Origin: a virus
DNA: 64,000 nt
IMG/VR virus record: IMGVR_UViG_3300024999_000042
Reading direction: 5' to 3' (one strand)
The notes under the pieces were generated by a model. That model was not told the origin of the DNA. It worked only from the letters and a program-made list of their open reading frames with translations, and did not search any database. This document shows, one piece after another, positions 20,287 to 30,782 of this stretch (position 1 is its first letter; each line of letters begins with the position of its first letter). The position numbers and the translations under genes were made by a program.

Positions 20287-20970
20287 TTAGAGACTAGATA
20301 GATACTTACCCACAATATCAGAAGTTGAGTCATGAATGCTATATGGGAATTCATATTCAACAATTTCCTCCATCATATTTTTTTCTATAGCAACACTAAG
20401 TTTATCTGCATTTTCAAGTAGTTGCTTATAATTATTACTCACGATATTTTTATCAAAATTAATTTCTTTAATAACAATTACATCATATCTGTATGTCGTC
20501 TCATTTCCCTCTAGATTAAATTTAAACCCGTTTTTTTGAGTCTTCTGTTCATCGGTCTTTATATTTAGCAGACTATTCAATACCCCTGCTAAATTCCTAG
20601 ATTGTTTTGCGTTTGATATAGCCGAATCTAAACTAAGATTGTTATTATACTTAGTCTCAATTACTATATTCCTTTTGGCTATTTCTACTGAAATTTCCAA
20701 TTTAGTCTTTTCTGCAATCAATGACTGCATAAGACTAATGATGTCAATTGTTGAAGCGTCTGCATATTCTCTAATTGTTGTGGTATCAATCTCTTCATCT
20801 TTAGCCTCTGGATTTGACTTCTCTTTAAAATGTTTTTCAAGAATGGAAATAGAATTATTTTTATTAGAAAGATATGAAGTAAGAGATGAAATAGTTTTAT
20901 CAATACAAGAAAGGACTCTGAATGATTCTTTTAGCGAAATTGATGGATTAGTGTTTTGTGAATTAGACAT
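20287..20970 (-). CDS. coiled-coil protein, DIP1984/DUF6847-like architecture
   Basis: ISLKESF start, LSLDSAISNAKQSRNLAGVLNSLL middle helix and LSVAIEKNMMEEIVE end parallel the DIP1984-family layout (judged by eye). Confidence 0.5.
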   Translation of the reverse strand: MSNSQNTNPSISLKESFRVLSCIDKTISSLTSYLSNKNNSISILEKHFKEKSNPEAKDEEIDTTTIREYADASTIDIISLMQSLIAEKTKLEISVEIAKRNIVIETKYNNNLSLDSAISNAKQSRNLAGVLNSLLNIKTDEQKTQKNGFKFNLEGNETTYRYDVIVIKEINFDKNIVSNNYKQLLENADKLSVAIEKNMMEEIVEYEFPYSIHDSTSDIVGKYLSSL

Positions 20971-21385
20971 ATTTATTGTTTCCTTCTTTCAATTTGTATT
21001 TATTAGTTTTCTTCTTTGTTAGAGTTATTAACTCAATTCAATTTGATGTGTCTGGACTTACATCTTTCAACTGCCCTATCCCATTATTTATTATTATGAA
21101 GAAATTGCACTTGAAACCGAATTAGTTATAATTCGAGGAAGATAAATCTTCTACAATTCCTTTATAAAAATTATTAATAATCTAATTATAAGCATATAAA
21201 AATCTTTAGCGTCTTGATAATATTAATTAAAATTAATATTAAAATTTCGCCTAGCAAAAACTATGCTTATTATGTTTTTTCTTATTAGGGCACATCAATG
21301 ACTATCCTCTACTAGATTCAAGAGATTTACCTCTTTCGTCTTCATAAAACATAATAATCAACTCCATTCATGTTCATTAAATAAA

Positions 21386-21619
21386 TTACTCACCATCTGA
21401 ATCTTCTATCTCATCCTCTTCAATTACATCCTCAACTTCCTCTTCTGTAAAAGAAAATTTAACATATTTTCCTGAGAAATTTTTAAGTAACTCAATCAAA
21501 TTTTTAACGCCTTCGTCTGGAATCGCTATTACTGCAATATTCCCATCAATTGTTAATTCACCCTCAGATGCAAGTTTATGTGTAATTTTCTTTGTTTCAG
21601 TGAGTTTTGATTTTGCCAT
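21386..21619 (-). CDS. YonK-like protein
   Basis: 77 aa, L.ELLKNFSGKYVKFSF with acidic tail; next to HU as in SPbeta. Confidence 0.6.
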   Translation of the reverse strand: MAKSKLTETKKITHKLASEGELTIDGNIAVIAIPDEGVKNLIELLKNFSGKYVKFSFTEEEVEDVIEEDEIEDSDGE

Positions 21620-21789
21620 TGTTGGTTAATTCCACCTTTTATATTTATTTTAATATTATGAGTATATCATTTGTATTAAAGAATTTGCCTTACGCTCAAA
21701 TATTGTAATGTATCGCTTTGCCTTATATTTAAAGATATCTTTTAAACATAAGGACTTACTGTGCGGCACAAAATTGTTATATTATAATA

Positions 21790-22074
21790 CTACGCTTTTA
21801 CAGCATCCTTAAATACCTTACCTGCACTGAAACTAATACGGAAAGAGTCCTCAGACACCCATTTCTGCCCCTTACGATCACCAAATTGAATTGTACCCTC
21901 TTTACCTTTGGTAGCTTGTTTCTCCCAGTTACCAAAACCTACGAGCTGTACTTTCGAGCCTTTTGCTACTTCTGTAATGACAGTGGATGTAAATGCTGTT
22001 AGAAATGCCTCGGTGTCTTTCTTGGATTGATTTGTTGCCAAAGAAATTGCGTTAATTAATTCTTGTTTGTTCAT
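21790..22074 (-). CDS. hup: HU family DNA-binding protein
   Basis: MNKQELINAI...VQLVGFGNW...FSAGKVFKDAVK. Confidence 0.93.
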   Translation of the reverse strand: MNKQELINAISLATNQSKKDTEAFLTAFTSTVITEVAKGSKVQLVGFGNWEKQATKGKEGTIQFGDRKGQKWVSEDSFRISFSAGKVFKDAVKA

Positions 22075-22348
22075 GTTTTTATATATCCCCTTTTATTTTA
22101 TTTTGTTGTTAATATTTTTAATCCAATACCTCGTGAGTATTAGATTATGTGTCTAATATTGGTGCATTGTACTTTTTTATTAAGCACAAAGACCTGTTTT
22201 CAATGAATTGATTGTTTTTCACTAACCAAACTTCATTAATATAATGACTTCCCTCCTTGAATTAATATTAAAGAGGTGATAGAAAAACACTCTATACCTT
22301 GACTCCGTACAGAAAAACAGTCTGAGGGAGTATGATTGATTATTGTCG

Positions 22349-23368
22349 CTATTGTTGTATTTGCTTATATAAATCTGTTTGTCTAAATTCTTGTACTTGT
22401 TTATAAATGTCTGTTTTCTTATACCATTTTTCGAATTTTAATTCTTCCAACTCGTCATCCATTAAACAAAATAGTTTAGCAGCAGGACTTATATTAAATT
22501 CTTTATCAAAATACAACATTGCTTGTCGATATTTATCAATTTTTCTTCCTAAGAATCTACTGGCATATTTATAAAGATAATTGTATAATTTAACTAGATT
22601 ATCTTGGCCAAAAACATAAAATGAAAATGCTTGAGATTTTTGTGGTTTAATATCTGCACATTTTATTCCATTTTCTATTAAAACATTTCTAACTCCTGTT
22701 AAAAAATTTACTGTACCCAACATAGATAAATGAAAAGTATCAGTTTTTTCATAAACCTTAAAAAATACACATCCATCTCCATCTATGTAACCCCTAATAA
22801 AGTGTGGGAGTAATTCTTTTGGTAAATGACTAGGGAATTCCAACGTTAGACTCTTTTTAGGAGTACACCCATGACTTATTAAGTCTTTTGCCATTTTAAT
22901 GCTATTGGCTGTAATTCTACAAGATGGATGTATTTTGTCTCCTATTTTCATATCTCTGTATATGACATCCATAGTTCCATTAATATCATTTCCGAAGTTG
23001 CCTAAATGATAATCATCTTCTGCTTTTAGAGCAATGTCTACTCTTCCACCTTTTGTCTTTCCTTCTTTATATTTTGGAATATACACATTTCCATCTGCAA
23101 ATATGAATCCTAACCAATATGCTTTCAATTCATTATCAATTATCTCAAAGAAGTCTTCATTGAAAGTATATTTTTTATTTGTTATATAATTATATTTATT
23201 TGTTTGTTCTCCACTTCCTCGAATAGATATACCGTTATTTACCAATATATCTCTTATTACATCACTACGAACATGAATCATTTTACCAACTGTATTTAAA
23301 GAATCGCCTTTTTTATAATTGGTAATAATATTAACTACGTCATCTTCTGAAATTATTTTTCTCGTCAT
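22349..23368 (-). CDS. free-standing double-motif LAGLIDADG homing endonuclease
   Basis: YWLGFIFADG and FIRGYIDGDG; N-terminal HTH-like segment. Confidence 0.88.
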   Translation of the reverse strand: MTRKIISEDDVVNIITNYKKGDSLNTVGKMIHVRSDVIRDILVNNGISIRGSGEQTNKYNYITNKKYTFNEDFFEIIDNELKAYWLGFIFADGNVYIPKYKEGKTKGGRVDIALKAEDDYHLGNFGNDINGTMDVIYRDMKIGDKIHPSCRITANSIKMAKDLISHGCTPKKSLTLEFPSHLPKELLPHFIRGYIDGDGCVFFKVYEKTDTFHLSMLGTVNFLTGVRNVLIENGIKCADIKPQKSQAFSFYVFGQDNLVKLYNYLYKYASRFLGRKIDKYRQAMLYFDKEFNISPAAKLFCLMDDELEELKFEKWYKKTDIYKQVQEFRQTDLYKQIQQ

Positions 23369-23463
23369 ACTATCCTCCTTTAATTTAATAAAAAGAAGGG
23401 ATAGAGATGTGTCTCACGACATGATATATCCCTAAAAATAACATAATATAATTTATTATTTAT

Positions 23464-24717
23464 TTACATCTTATCAGATATATCAGCCATCCTACTTCTC
23501 CAAACATTAGGAAGATGTACACAACCAAACATATCTTCATTTTTGAATACTTCTATTGCTTTTAATAGTCCATTATTTTTACCCACATATTCAACTTTGT
23601 CTACTTGCTGATATGGATCACCTTCAATTATTATCTTTGCATCCTTACTACATCTTGATAAAGCAAGTTTCATTAAATCTGGTGTAGTGTTCTGTGCTTC
23701 AGTTATATATAGAATTTGATTATCAGTTATTTCCATTCCACGACTATCTGCCATAGGTATTAATCTAATTTTATCTTGTGTAATTAAATTATCTACAATG
23801 CCTTTATCGCCAAATTTAGTGATAAGCATATTACCGATAAAATTTTGCATACCCTTCTGAACGGAATCACCACTATAAAATCCCATATCAACTGCTCCAC
23901 GCACTTTTGTTGGATTATACATTACTACACAAGTGTCATATTTTTGATATTGTAATGCCCACATAATATACATTAAACTACAAAGACTTTTTCCACTTCC
24001 TGGTTTTCCTGTAATAGCAGTAAATTGATTATTATGCAAACTATCAATACATAGTTCTTGGAATATATCTTTTGGTTTTAGATTTCCAAACATCATGCTT
24101 TTAAAGTCTTTTTTCACAATGCTTTTAAATCCTTGTTGTGTCCATCTTTGCTTATCAACAATTGAATTGTTAACTTTGAGTAATAGGTATTCATTGATAT
24201 TTAGATTCCATAGATTTGCTTTGGTTTCTGATTCATACCAATTAGCCAATTCATACTCTGACATATCTAAGATTGTGTAACCAGTATATTTTTTATCGTC
24301 ATAATCTGTAGGTTCATATTGTTTACAAGTAATATTAAGAGAATCACATTTTGCTCTAAATAACATGTCATTACTATAAGCGATTGTATTATTATCTTTT
24401 TCGTACAAAACCTTCAGGAGTGAAATGATTTTATTATCCATAATTTCTTTATCAAAACATGAAGGAAGATTATTATAATCTGTTTCATCAATGATATATG
24501 TAATTTTGTCTCGATTAGCGTTTATATATCTTGTCGCTCTACGTGCCTGAAATTTTACCTCTTCTGATTTTCCATTTTTCTTCAAATTGTCTAATTCACC
24601 AAGAACAAATCCTGATAATTGTATCCCTGAATCTGAAAAATCTTCAAAAACTTTTTTAGGATGATCCATTAATACATTTGAATCAATGTAAGGTGATTGA
24701 CATGGTTTATCGGGCAA
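23464..24717 (-). CDS. phoH: PIN-PhoH (PhoH2-like) protein
   Basis: PIN motif IDSNVLM...ELDNLK...DNKII; Walker A GKPGSGKS; RGMEI, EAQN, GDPYQ, RS.MA. Confidence 0.9.
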   Translation of the reverse strand: MPDKPCQSPYIDSNVLMDHPKKVFEDFSDSGIQLSGFVLGELDNLKKNGKSEEVKFQARRATRYINANRDKITYIIDETDYNNLPSCFDKEIMDNKIISLLKVLYEKDNNTIAYSNDMLFRAKCDSLNITCKQYEPTDYDDKKYTGYTILDMSEYELANWYESETKANLWNLNINEYLLLKVNNSIVDKQRWTQQGFKSIVKKDFKSMMFGNLKPKDIFQELCIDSLHNNQFTAITGKPGSGKSLCSLMYIMWALQYQKYDTCVVMYNPTKVRGAVDMGFYSGDSVQKGMQNFIGNMLITKFGDKGIVDNLITQDKIRLIPMADSRGMEITDNQILYITEAQNTTPDLMKLALSRCSKDAKIIIEGDPYQQVDKVEYVGKNNGLLKAIEVFKNEDMFGCVHLPNVWRSRMADISDKM

Positions 24718-24756
24718 TATAAACCAATCCTTTACTATTTATTTTACTACTTGGTA

Positions 24757-25023
24757 TCATGAGACACGTTCACTATTGCTACTGTTACTACTGAATAGAT
24801 ACTTCTGATTTTCTTTTACATCATTGATATTCTGTTTATCCTTATCAGTTTGCTTTAATCTAGTAAGGTAATTATATAATGGATCTGTAGTAAAACGAGT
24901 TTTACCCCTTGCGTTACCATATGTACCTGTGACTATCAGTCCATCCCCATAATTCCCCTTAGACCGTTTTAAGACTCCTCTGCTGATAAGATATTGCATA
25001 TCTTGTTTACTGATTATTTCCAA
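24757..25023 (-). CDS. hypothetical protein
   Basis: 88 aa with AGGAG RBS. Confidence 0.55.
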   Translation of the reverse strand: MEIISKQDMQYLISRGVLKRSKGNYGDGLIVTGTYGNARGKTRFTTDPLYNYLTRLKQTDKDKQNINDVKENQKYLFSSNSSNSERVS

Positions 25024-25164
25024 TGTTTTTATTTTGATGCTCCTTTTGATTTGGAGTTTGTTTTATTGTTTTTGATATTATATTTCATAAGCGTATCGAC
25101 CAAACGCTTATAAGATAGGGATTATATTACTATACCCTATCATTACAAGCATTGTTTTAATTTT

Positions 25165-26031
25165 TTATAAAACACTTATAGGAGTAGGGTTACAGGGTTT
25201 TTCTAAACCGTTACAATCTCTATGTTTTTTCACTCTTAATCTTATTTGATCTCTATTTATTTCTTCCCAACAACTTTTACAATACTTTTGACGATTATTT
25301 ACCTTCTTAATAACTTCTCCGCAACCTTCGTTCTCACATTTCACATATTTTTCATCACCATTATACCAATCAAAATAATATCCAACATTATCAAAATTAG
25401 TTATCTCAAAAACAATATTGTCAATTTTATTTCCTTTTTCATCTTTATTAACCACAATATCATCTATAAAAGATAAATTAATCTTACCCCTAGTCCTCAC
25501 ATCAACATAACCTAAATTTGACAAACCATTTACTAATTTGTTAATATCATATTCTCCAGACAATCTAGACATTTCAAATACTTCTTTGTATGACTCTGTT
25601 TTTCCACCAAATATATTATAATCAGAAACCTTGCCGTATATCTGCTTAGACATTTCTTTATTTAATTTATTTTTAACAATAAAAGTAAACAATATTTTTT
25701 TATGTATACTATCAAGTTTTAATCCATTAATATATTTAATCTCGTTTTTTGTAATTGGGACGCTTTCTATTAAAATTAATTTATTTATTCTCTTACTGCC
25801 ATACGCTAAAGCTGAATTAATTAATTTGAAGTATTTTACTCTATTGAATTTCACTATATTATTTTCGCAAAACTCATAAACTAATTTTTTTCTTTCACTT
25901 GCTTTCTCTTCTAACACTTCTTTATAGTATTTAACTAATATTTTTAATTCATATCTGTGATATTGAGTTAAAAACCCTTTTTTTAATATCTCCTCTGCGT
26001 ATTTCTTTTCATTATATCTAAACTGAATCAT
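25165..26031 (-). CDS. RNAP-adjacent protein with C-terminal zinc finger
   Basis: 288 aa; start overlaps the RNAP stop (ATGA); CENEGC...YCKSC. Confidence 0.65.
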   Translation of the reverse strand: MIQFRYNEKKYAEEILKKGFLTQYHRYELKILVKYYKEVLEEKASERKKLVYEFCENNIVKFNRVKYFKLINSALAYGSKRINKLILIESVPITKNEIKYINGLKLDSIHKKILFTFIVKNKLNKEMSKQIYGKVSDYNIFGGKTESYKEVFEMSRLSGEYDINKLVNGLSNLGYVDVRTRGKINLSFIDDIVVNKDEKGNKIDNIVFEITNFDNVGYYFDWYNGDEKYVKCENEGCGEVIKKVNNRQKYCKSCWEEINRDQIRLRVKKHRDCNGLEKPCNPTPISVL

Positions 26032-28835
26032 ATTTTCACCTCTTGTAATTTAAATTTCTTATTTAAATACTCAATTTCTCCATTTTTATCTGGCATAGGG
26101 AATAATACTTGTCTTTTGCTAATCTTATTATGTAATTTAACATTTGAAAACAAATATTTTCCATAAATATTCCATAAAAAATCTTTGTTGAATTTTGGAT
26201 ATTTAACATAAAATATTTCCACTAAGTAATTTACTAATTCATAAACATTGGGACATATTTCAACCATTTTCTTTTTAAACCCTTCATATATTCCTTTGGT
26301 TTGTGCTTCTAAACCGTCATCATGTTTATCATCATTAGATTTACTACTTATACCCATATTACCAAGGTCTTTAATCTCAGTTCTAAATTCATTATATCCA
26401 TTTAAAACTTTATCATATATATCTCTATTATCTATTTGTCCTTTTCTTAGATATTGTTTGTAAAAATCTAAATCATTTTCTACTTTTAATTTTTCTTTAA
26501 GATTAAAGTCAATCCCTTCGATATGTTTACACAATAAATTCATTACACAATCGCTATCAATCACTGGCATATATTGATAATAAGCATTAAGCAATTTTTC
26601 TTCTTCTGGTTTTTTTCTTTGTTTATTAATTAAATTATTCAAAGACATTCCAAATTTTTGCTTACTAGACAAATCGTAACCATTAATATGTTTCATATAT
26701 TTTCTTTTAGTATCTTTGTAAAGATATTTAAAGAAATATGGATGTCTATCTAGGAGCATATTATTAAGTATTTCTTTTTTTTCAATAATTTCAATAGAGT
26801 CTTTTTTAATATCTTCAGTATCTTCTCTATATATCACCTGTCTTTCTACCCATTTTCTAGGTATTCCCTTAACTTCCTTTCCTATTTTCGCCTTATCAAT
26901 CTGTGCAGATTGAAGTTTAGTACACATTTTAATTCTATTCATTGTTTGTTTGTATTCTTCTTTATCCATTTTAAATAAAGGCAATAAAGCATACGCACTT
27001 GTGCTTTTATTGGTAATTGAACCTATAATAGATCCAAAAGCAAATAAATCTGCTGTGAATAAAGCCTCTGGCGTTAATTCTATTGGTTTAGGTTTTGGTG
27101 CATCATAGACAACTGGCAATTCATCAGAATAAACGCCTTTGATAACTGTAATATCTGATGTGGTAGCCAAAATATCCATATCGAAGTCTGAACCTGCCCA
27201 GTGCATTGTTTCCATACCATGTATATTGACTATAATTCCTGTAGTGCAATATCTATACCAATCTTCCGTACAATATGTGTCTACTATATTAAGTTTTAAA
27301 TGCTCACTTCTAAAAGTTAACGGTGCTCTCATTGAATCAACAATTTCTACTCCTTTTCTGTTCCAATAATTTGAATAATATTCATTCTTCTGCAACAATC
27401 CTGTAATTTCTCTTCCACAAACATGTTGCATTTGTGCAAACGGACAACTTACAATCACTTGGTAATTTCCATCGAGTAAAATATCCCCCAGACATGCCCT
27501 TCTAATCTTCTTTTTAATTAGATTATATATTTTATTTTTAATGTATTTATCCTTTATTAAGTTATGATTAACTATCAAACTTTTTACCCAATAATTTTGT
27601 GGACTATTAATAAATTTAATTAATAATTCTTTTGTAATATTTTCCCCTATTAAGAACAATAGAGTATAATAGATATTATCAGCAGTTACTCCATTAATCC
27701 AATCTACTGTTTTTTTACAAACTGTCTCTATGTCTTTTTTATCCCAATTTAATGTTTGGTTAAATTGATAGTTCATTGAAAGAATATCTTTTGTTTCTTT
27801 AGGAGTATATATAGATATGCCCCACTGAAGATTATTTTTTATACAATTTTCTTTATATGCTTCTACACTATCAAACGAATCCCAAAGTTTAAATTGACTT
27901 TCAGAAATTATAACATCTATATTTCTTAGGTCTACCAATATGTTATTTCCGTTTTTATCTTTATATATAGTTTTGATGTTATAATTTTCATCATTCTCTT
28001 TTTTACAAAACTCTTGTATAGGAAATGTACATAGCATCCCTTTCAAAAAGTTTTGGCGTACACACCACTGAGCAGGAACATAGTCCAATCCTAATTCTTT
28101 ACTCCATTTTAGAGCCATTTCATAACTAATAAGTCCCTGTCCATCAAATAAATTAAATTCTTGATTAATAGTCTTTTCTTCAATTTTATCATCTTCTTCA
28201 TACGATGTTTCTGTTACAAAATTTACAGTTACTTCTCTAGTTTTCTTTGCGTCTGGAACTACACAAAATCTTGGTGTACTAACAACCTTAGTTGCTGATC
28301 CAGCGAGTCCTCGATATGCATTAAATTTTGAAGGGGCATGAAGTTTATCTTTACTTCTTCCATTGTCTAAAATATCTTCTAATTTATTGATTATTGATTC
28401 ATCACATAGGACAACAGTTGATACTCTAGATTGGGAGGCAGAGGAAGACAAACGAAAATATGTCTTCCCATTCAATTGCAATCCATTTTCAAATAAATAA
28501 TTATAATGTGCTTTATGTTCCATCACTACAGTTATGTATTCTGGAATAAACATCATATCATAAATTAATTTCTTCAACTCGATTATTCTATCTGAGTTTT
28601 CTTTAGATGATTTTGCCTTTTTTAATTTATCTCTCTCAGCATACCACTCTTCAAGTTTTAATAAGTCTACTTGTTTATTTTGAATATCTCTGATGCTTCT
28701 TAATATTTGGTTGTCTGCTAAAGCAATAATTTCACCATTTTCTTGTGCTTCTTCAAATGTTAAGTCAAAATTGTATTCATATTCCTTTAGGCGAGAACTT
28801 TTGAATTTCATAGTGTAGAATTGTCGATTAGGCAA
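26028..28835 (-). CDS. yonO: YonO-like single-subunit DNA-dependent RNA polymerase
   Basis: 935 aa; DGQG, R...KG, RAP and catalytic loop GSDFDMD; IGSITN; QIDKAK. Confidence 0.88.
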   Translation of the reverse strand: MPNRQFYTMKFKSSRLKEYEYNFDLTFEEAQENGEIIALADNQILRSIRDIQNKQVDLLKLEEWYAERDKLKKAKSSKENSDRIIELKKLIYDMMFIPEYITVVMEHKAHYNYLFENGLQLNGKTYFRLSSSASQSRVSTVVLCDESIINKLEDILDNGRSKDKLHAPSKFNAYRGLAGSATKVVSTPRFCVVPDAKKTREVTVNFVTETSYEEDDKIEEKTINQEFNLFDGQGLISYEMALKWSKELGLDYVPAQWCVRQNFLKGMLCTFPIQEFCKKENDENYNIKTIYKDKNGNNILVDLRNIDVIISESQFKLWDSFDSVEAYKENCIKNNLQWGISIYTPKETKDILSMNYQFNQTLNWDKKDIETVCKKTVDWINGVTADNIYYTLLFLIGENITKELLIKFINSPQNYWVKSLIVNHNLIKDKYIKNKIYNLIKKKIRRACLGDILLDGNYQVIVSCPFAQMQHVCGREITGLLQKNEYYSNYWNRKGVEIVDSMRAPLTFRSEHLKLNIVDTYCTEDWYRYCTTGIIVNIHGMETMHWAGSDFDMDILATTSDITVIKGVYSDELPVVYDAPKPKPIELTPEALFTADLFAFGSIIGSITNKSTSAYALLPLFKMDKEEYKQTMNRIKMCTKLQSAQIDKAKIGKEVKGIPRKWVERQVIYREDTEDIKKDSIEIIEKKEILNNMLLDRHPYFFKYLYKDTKRKYMKHINGYDLSSKQKFGMSLNNLINKQRKKPEEEKLLNAYYQYMPVIDSDCVMNLLCKHIEGIDFNLKEKLKVENDLDFYKQYLRKGQIDNRDIYDKVLNGYNEFRTEIKDLGNMGISSKSNDDKHDDGLEAQTKGIYEGFKKKMVEICPNVYELVNYLVEIFYVKYPKFNKDFLWNIYGKYLFSNVKLHNKISKRQVLFPMPDKNGEIEYLNKKFKLQEVKI

Positions 28836-28838
28836 TAT

Positions 28839-29522
28839 CTATTCCTCCTTATCATTATCATCTATTAAACTATATCCACCATCACTATTAATTTCGTATG
28901 AATCTGGGTTAAATGTTCTATGTATATAATATCCTTCTTGATATCCTTTAATATATTTTTCATAGAATTCTACATCTATGTTAAGTTTATCGTTTATATC
29001 TGCGTTGCTCATCTTAAAATTACAATAATAATATAAATTCATATTGTCAATATAAGATTTTAAAATATATGGTTTCCATGTTATTTCTGGAAGATTGAAT
29101 AAATTATTATTATCTGATTTAAAATCTATATTAAATTTAGTCTTATATTTACAAATATAATGAATCTCATATATATTCATATGGTAATCTGATTCCATTT
29201 CGCAATATTCTATTTTATGCACATTATTATATAAATCAAATTTCTCAGGATTTTTCCAAGTCAAATGATTATTTATATGAGCATATATTCTATTATTTAT
29301 ATTCGTTGTCTTCCCTACATATAATACTGTATTGTCTTTATCTAATAATTTATACAAATAAAAGTTATCGTGTTTTATATTATCCTTATTTTCATTCCTT
29401 TTTAAATTGCTACATTCTTTACATATTGAAATAACTCCGTCTTTTGTCTTTTTGTTAGTTTTAAATAAGGATATATCTTTTCTTTCACCGCATATTTTAC
29501 ATTTCTTTGTTTTCTTAGCCAA
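28839..29522 (-). CDS. GIY-YIG nuclease with N-terminal zinc finger
   Basis: CKIC...CKEC; YLYKLL...LYVGKT...RI..H; YEIHYI..Y...FN. Confidence 0.75.
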   Translation of the reverse strand: MAKKTKKCKICGERKDISLFKTNKKTKDGVISICKECSNLKRNENKDNIKHDNFYLYKLLDKDNTVLYVGKTTNINNRIYAHINNHLTWKNPEKFDLYNNVHKIEYCEMESDYHMNIYEIHYICKYKTKFNIDFKSDNNNLFNLPEITWKPYILKSYIDNMNLYYYCNFKMSNADINDKLNIDVEFYEKYIKGYQEGYYIHRTFNPDSYEINSDGGYSLIDDNDKEE

Positions 29523-29976
29523 TATTAATTATTCCTCCTACTTCTTCAAACTCTTCCAATCCCTCTGCCCACTCTAATACACTAATAGCATTATTAAATA
29601 TATCTTTACTCAGCTCACCTATACTTTTATTTTTGTTCTCATAAAAATCACACCTAATAGTATTTCTTTTACTCTGCTGTCCATTTGTATTCAAATATGC
29701 CCAAGGGTTTAAATCTTGATCATACATATAACCTTTAGGTAAACTTGGAAACATATAATCTTCTACAAAAAATATGTAACTACTTGAATATTCATCTGCG
29801 TAATGACCGCTACAGCAAAAGCGAGTCCTATATCCCTTTCTATTCAACTCGGCAATCACTGGTAAAAATAATTCATCAATTTCTACTATATCTCCATAGC
29901 ACTCTTTAACTTTACACGTATTATTCTTTATTGTTTTCTGATTATAAACTTTGTAACAATTCAAACATAAAAGCAT
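29515..29976 (-). CDS. hypothetical protein (LNxKGYxTxFCCSGH motif)
   Basis: 153 aa with a conserved-looking phage motif. Confidence 0.6.
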   Translation of the reverse strand: MLLCLNCYKVYNQKTIKNNTCKVKECYGDIVEIDELFLPVIAELNRKGYRTRFCCSGHYADEYSSSYIFFVEDYMFPSLPKGYMYDQDLNPWAYLNTNGQQSKRNTIRCDFYENKNKSIGELSKDIFNNAISVLEWAEGLEEFEEVGGIINIG

Positions 29977-30074
29977 TATAATTCCTCCTATTTATTATTT
30001 CCAACCAACGCATCATATCAGCATTTAGCAACGTTGGTTGGTTTTCTAAATTACGTTAAAACTCACCTTTGAAT

Positions 30075-30299
30075 CTAATTAGAAACAGCTAATATAAACA
30101 TAATAAATATAAGAATTATCACACTTACAATGATACTTTCACTCGCTGATAAAGGAGTATTATTTACTTTATTTATATTATTATATGTATTGTAAGCATT
30201 ATTTTTCTTCTTTTGCCTATAATAATCGTTTACAGAGTGACTTACTGCTTTAGCAATTACTCTATTCATAGAGCCGTAATTTCTTGGTCTCATTTGCAT
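30075..30299 (-). CDS. small membrane protein
   Basis: C-terminal hydrophobic helix. Confidence 0.55.
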   Translation of the reverse strand: MQMRPRNYGSMNRVIAKAVSHSVNDYYRQKKKNNAYNTYNNINKVNNTPLSASESIIVSVIILIFIMFILAVSN

Positions 30300-30301
30300 C
30301 T

Positions 30302-30568
30302 TTATAAACCCTCCTCTATTTTTCTTTCATTCTTCCCATGCCATAAATATCTTTTAACCTCACCCTGAAACCAAATTTGATTTATAAATGGTTCATCTGA
30401 ATATTTTGCACAAAAATGATAATAATGATTATCTCTTTTATCCAACCAATAGAAGTGAGGCCATTTGCATTGAAATATTTCTAACCATGCACCACGTTTA
30501 TGTATTTTTGTTTTAGTTGGATTTAATATGAATTGTTTCCATGCTCCTAATAGACAATTGCTATGCAT
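30302..30568 (-). CDS. hypothetical protein
   Basis: 88 aa, Trp/His rich. Confidence 0.55.
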   Translation of the reverse strand: MHSNCLLGAWKQFILNPTKTKIHKRGAWLEIFQCKWPHFYWLDKRDNHYYHFCAKYSDEPFINQIWFQGEVKRYLWHGKNERKIEEGL

Positions 30569-30590
30569 GATATCTTTTTACCCCTTTTTC

Positions 30591-30782
30591 TTAATCAATC
30601 TCTTTACATTTTACAGCATTCAACTTATTATATTTAGCACAATCTTCGCAATAATAATTTCCACTATCTAAATCTGTCCATATTTCTTCTATATTTATAA
30701 TTTCTTCCTTACAAATAGAACAACTTTCACTCACTAAATCATCCTCTACCTCCTTATGAGACAATACTTTTTGCATCTTCAT
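30591..30782 (-). CDS. small zinc-finger protein
   Basis: CSIC...CEDC. Confidence 0.55.
   Translation of the reverse strand: MKMQKVLSHKEVEDDLVSESCSICKEEIINIEEIWTDLDSGNYYCEDCAKYNKLNAVKCKEID

Noticed and set aside
21681-21775. Known self-cleaving ribozyme (hammerhead/twister)
   Set aside because: Core consensus nucleotides (e.g. CUGANGA/GAAA) were not found.
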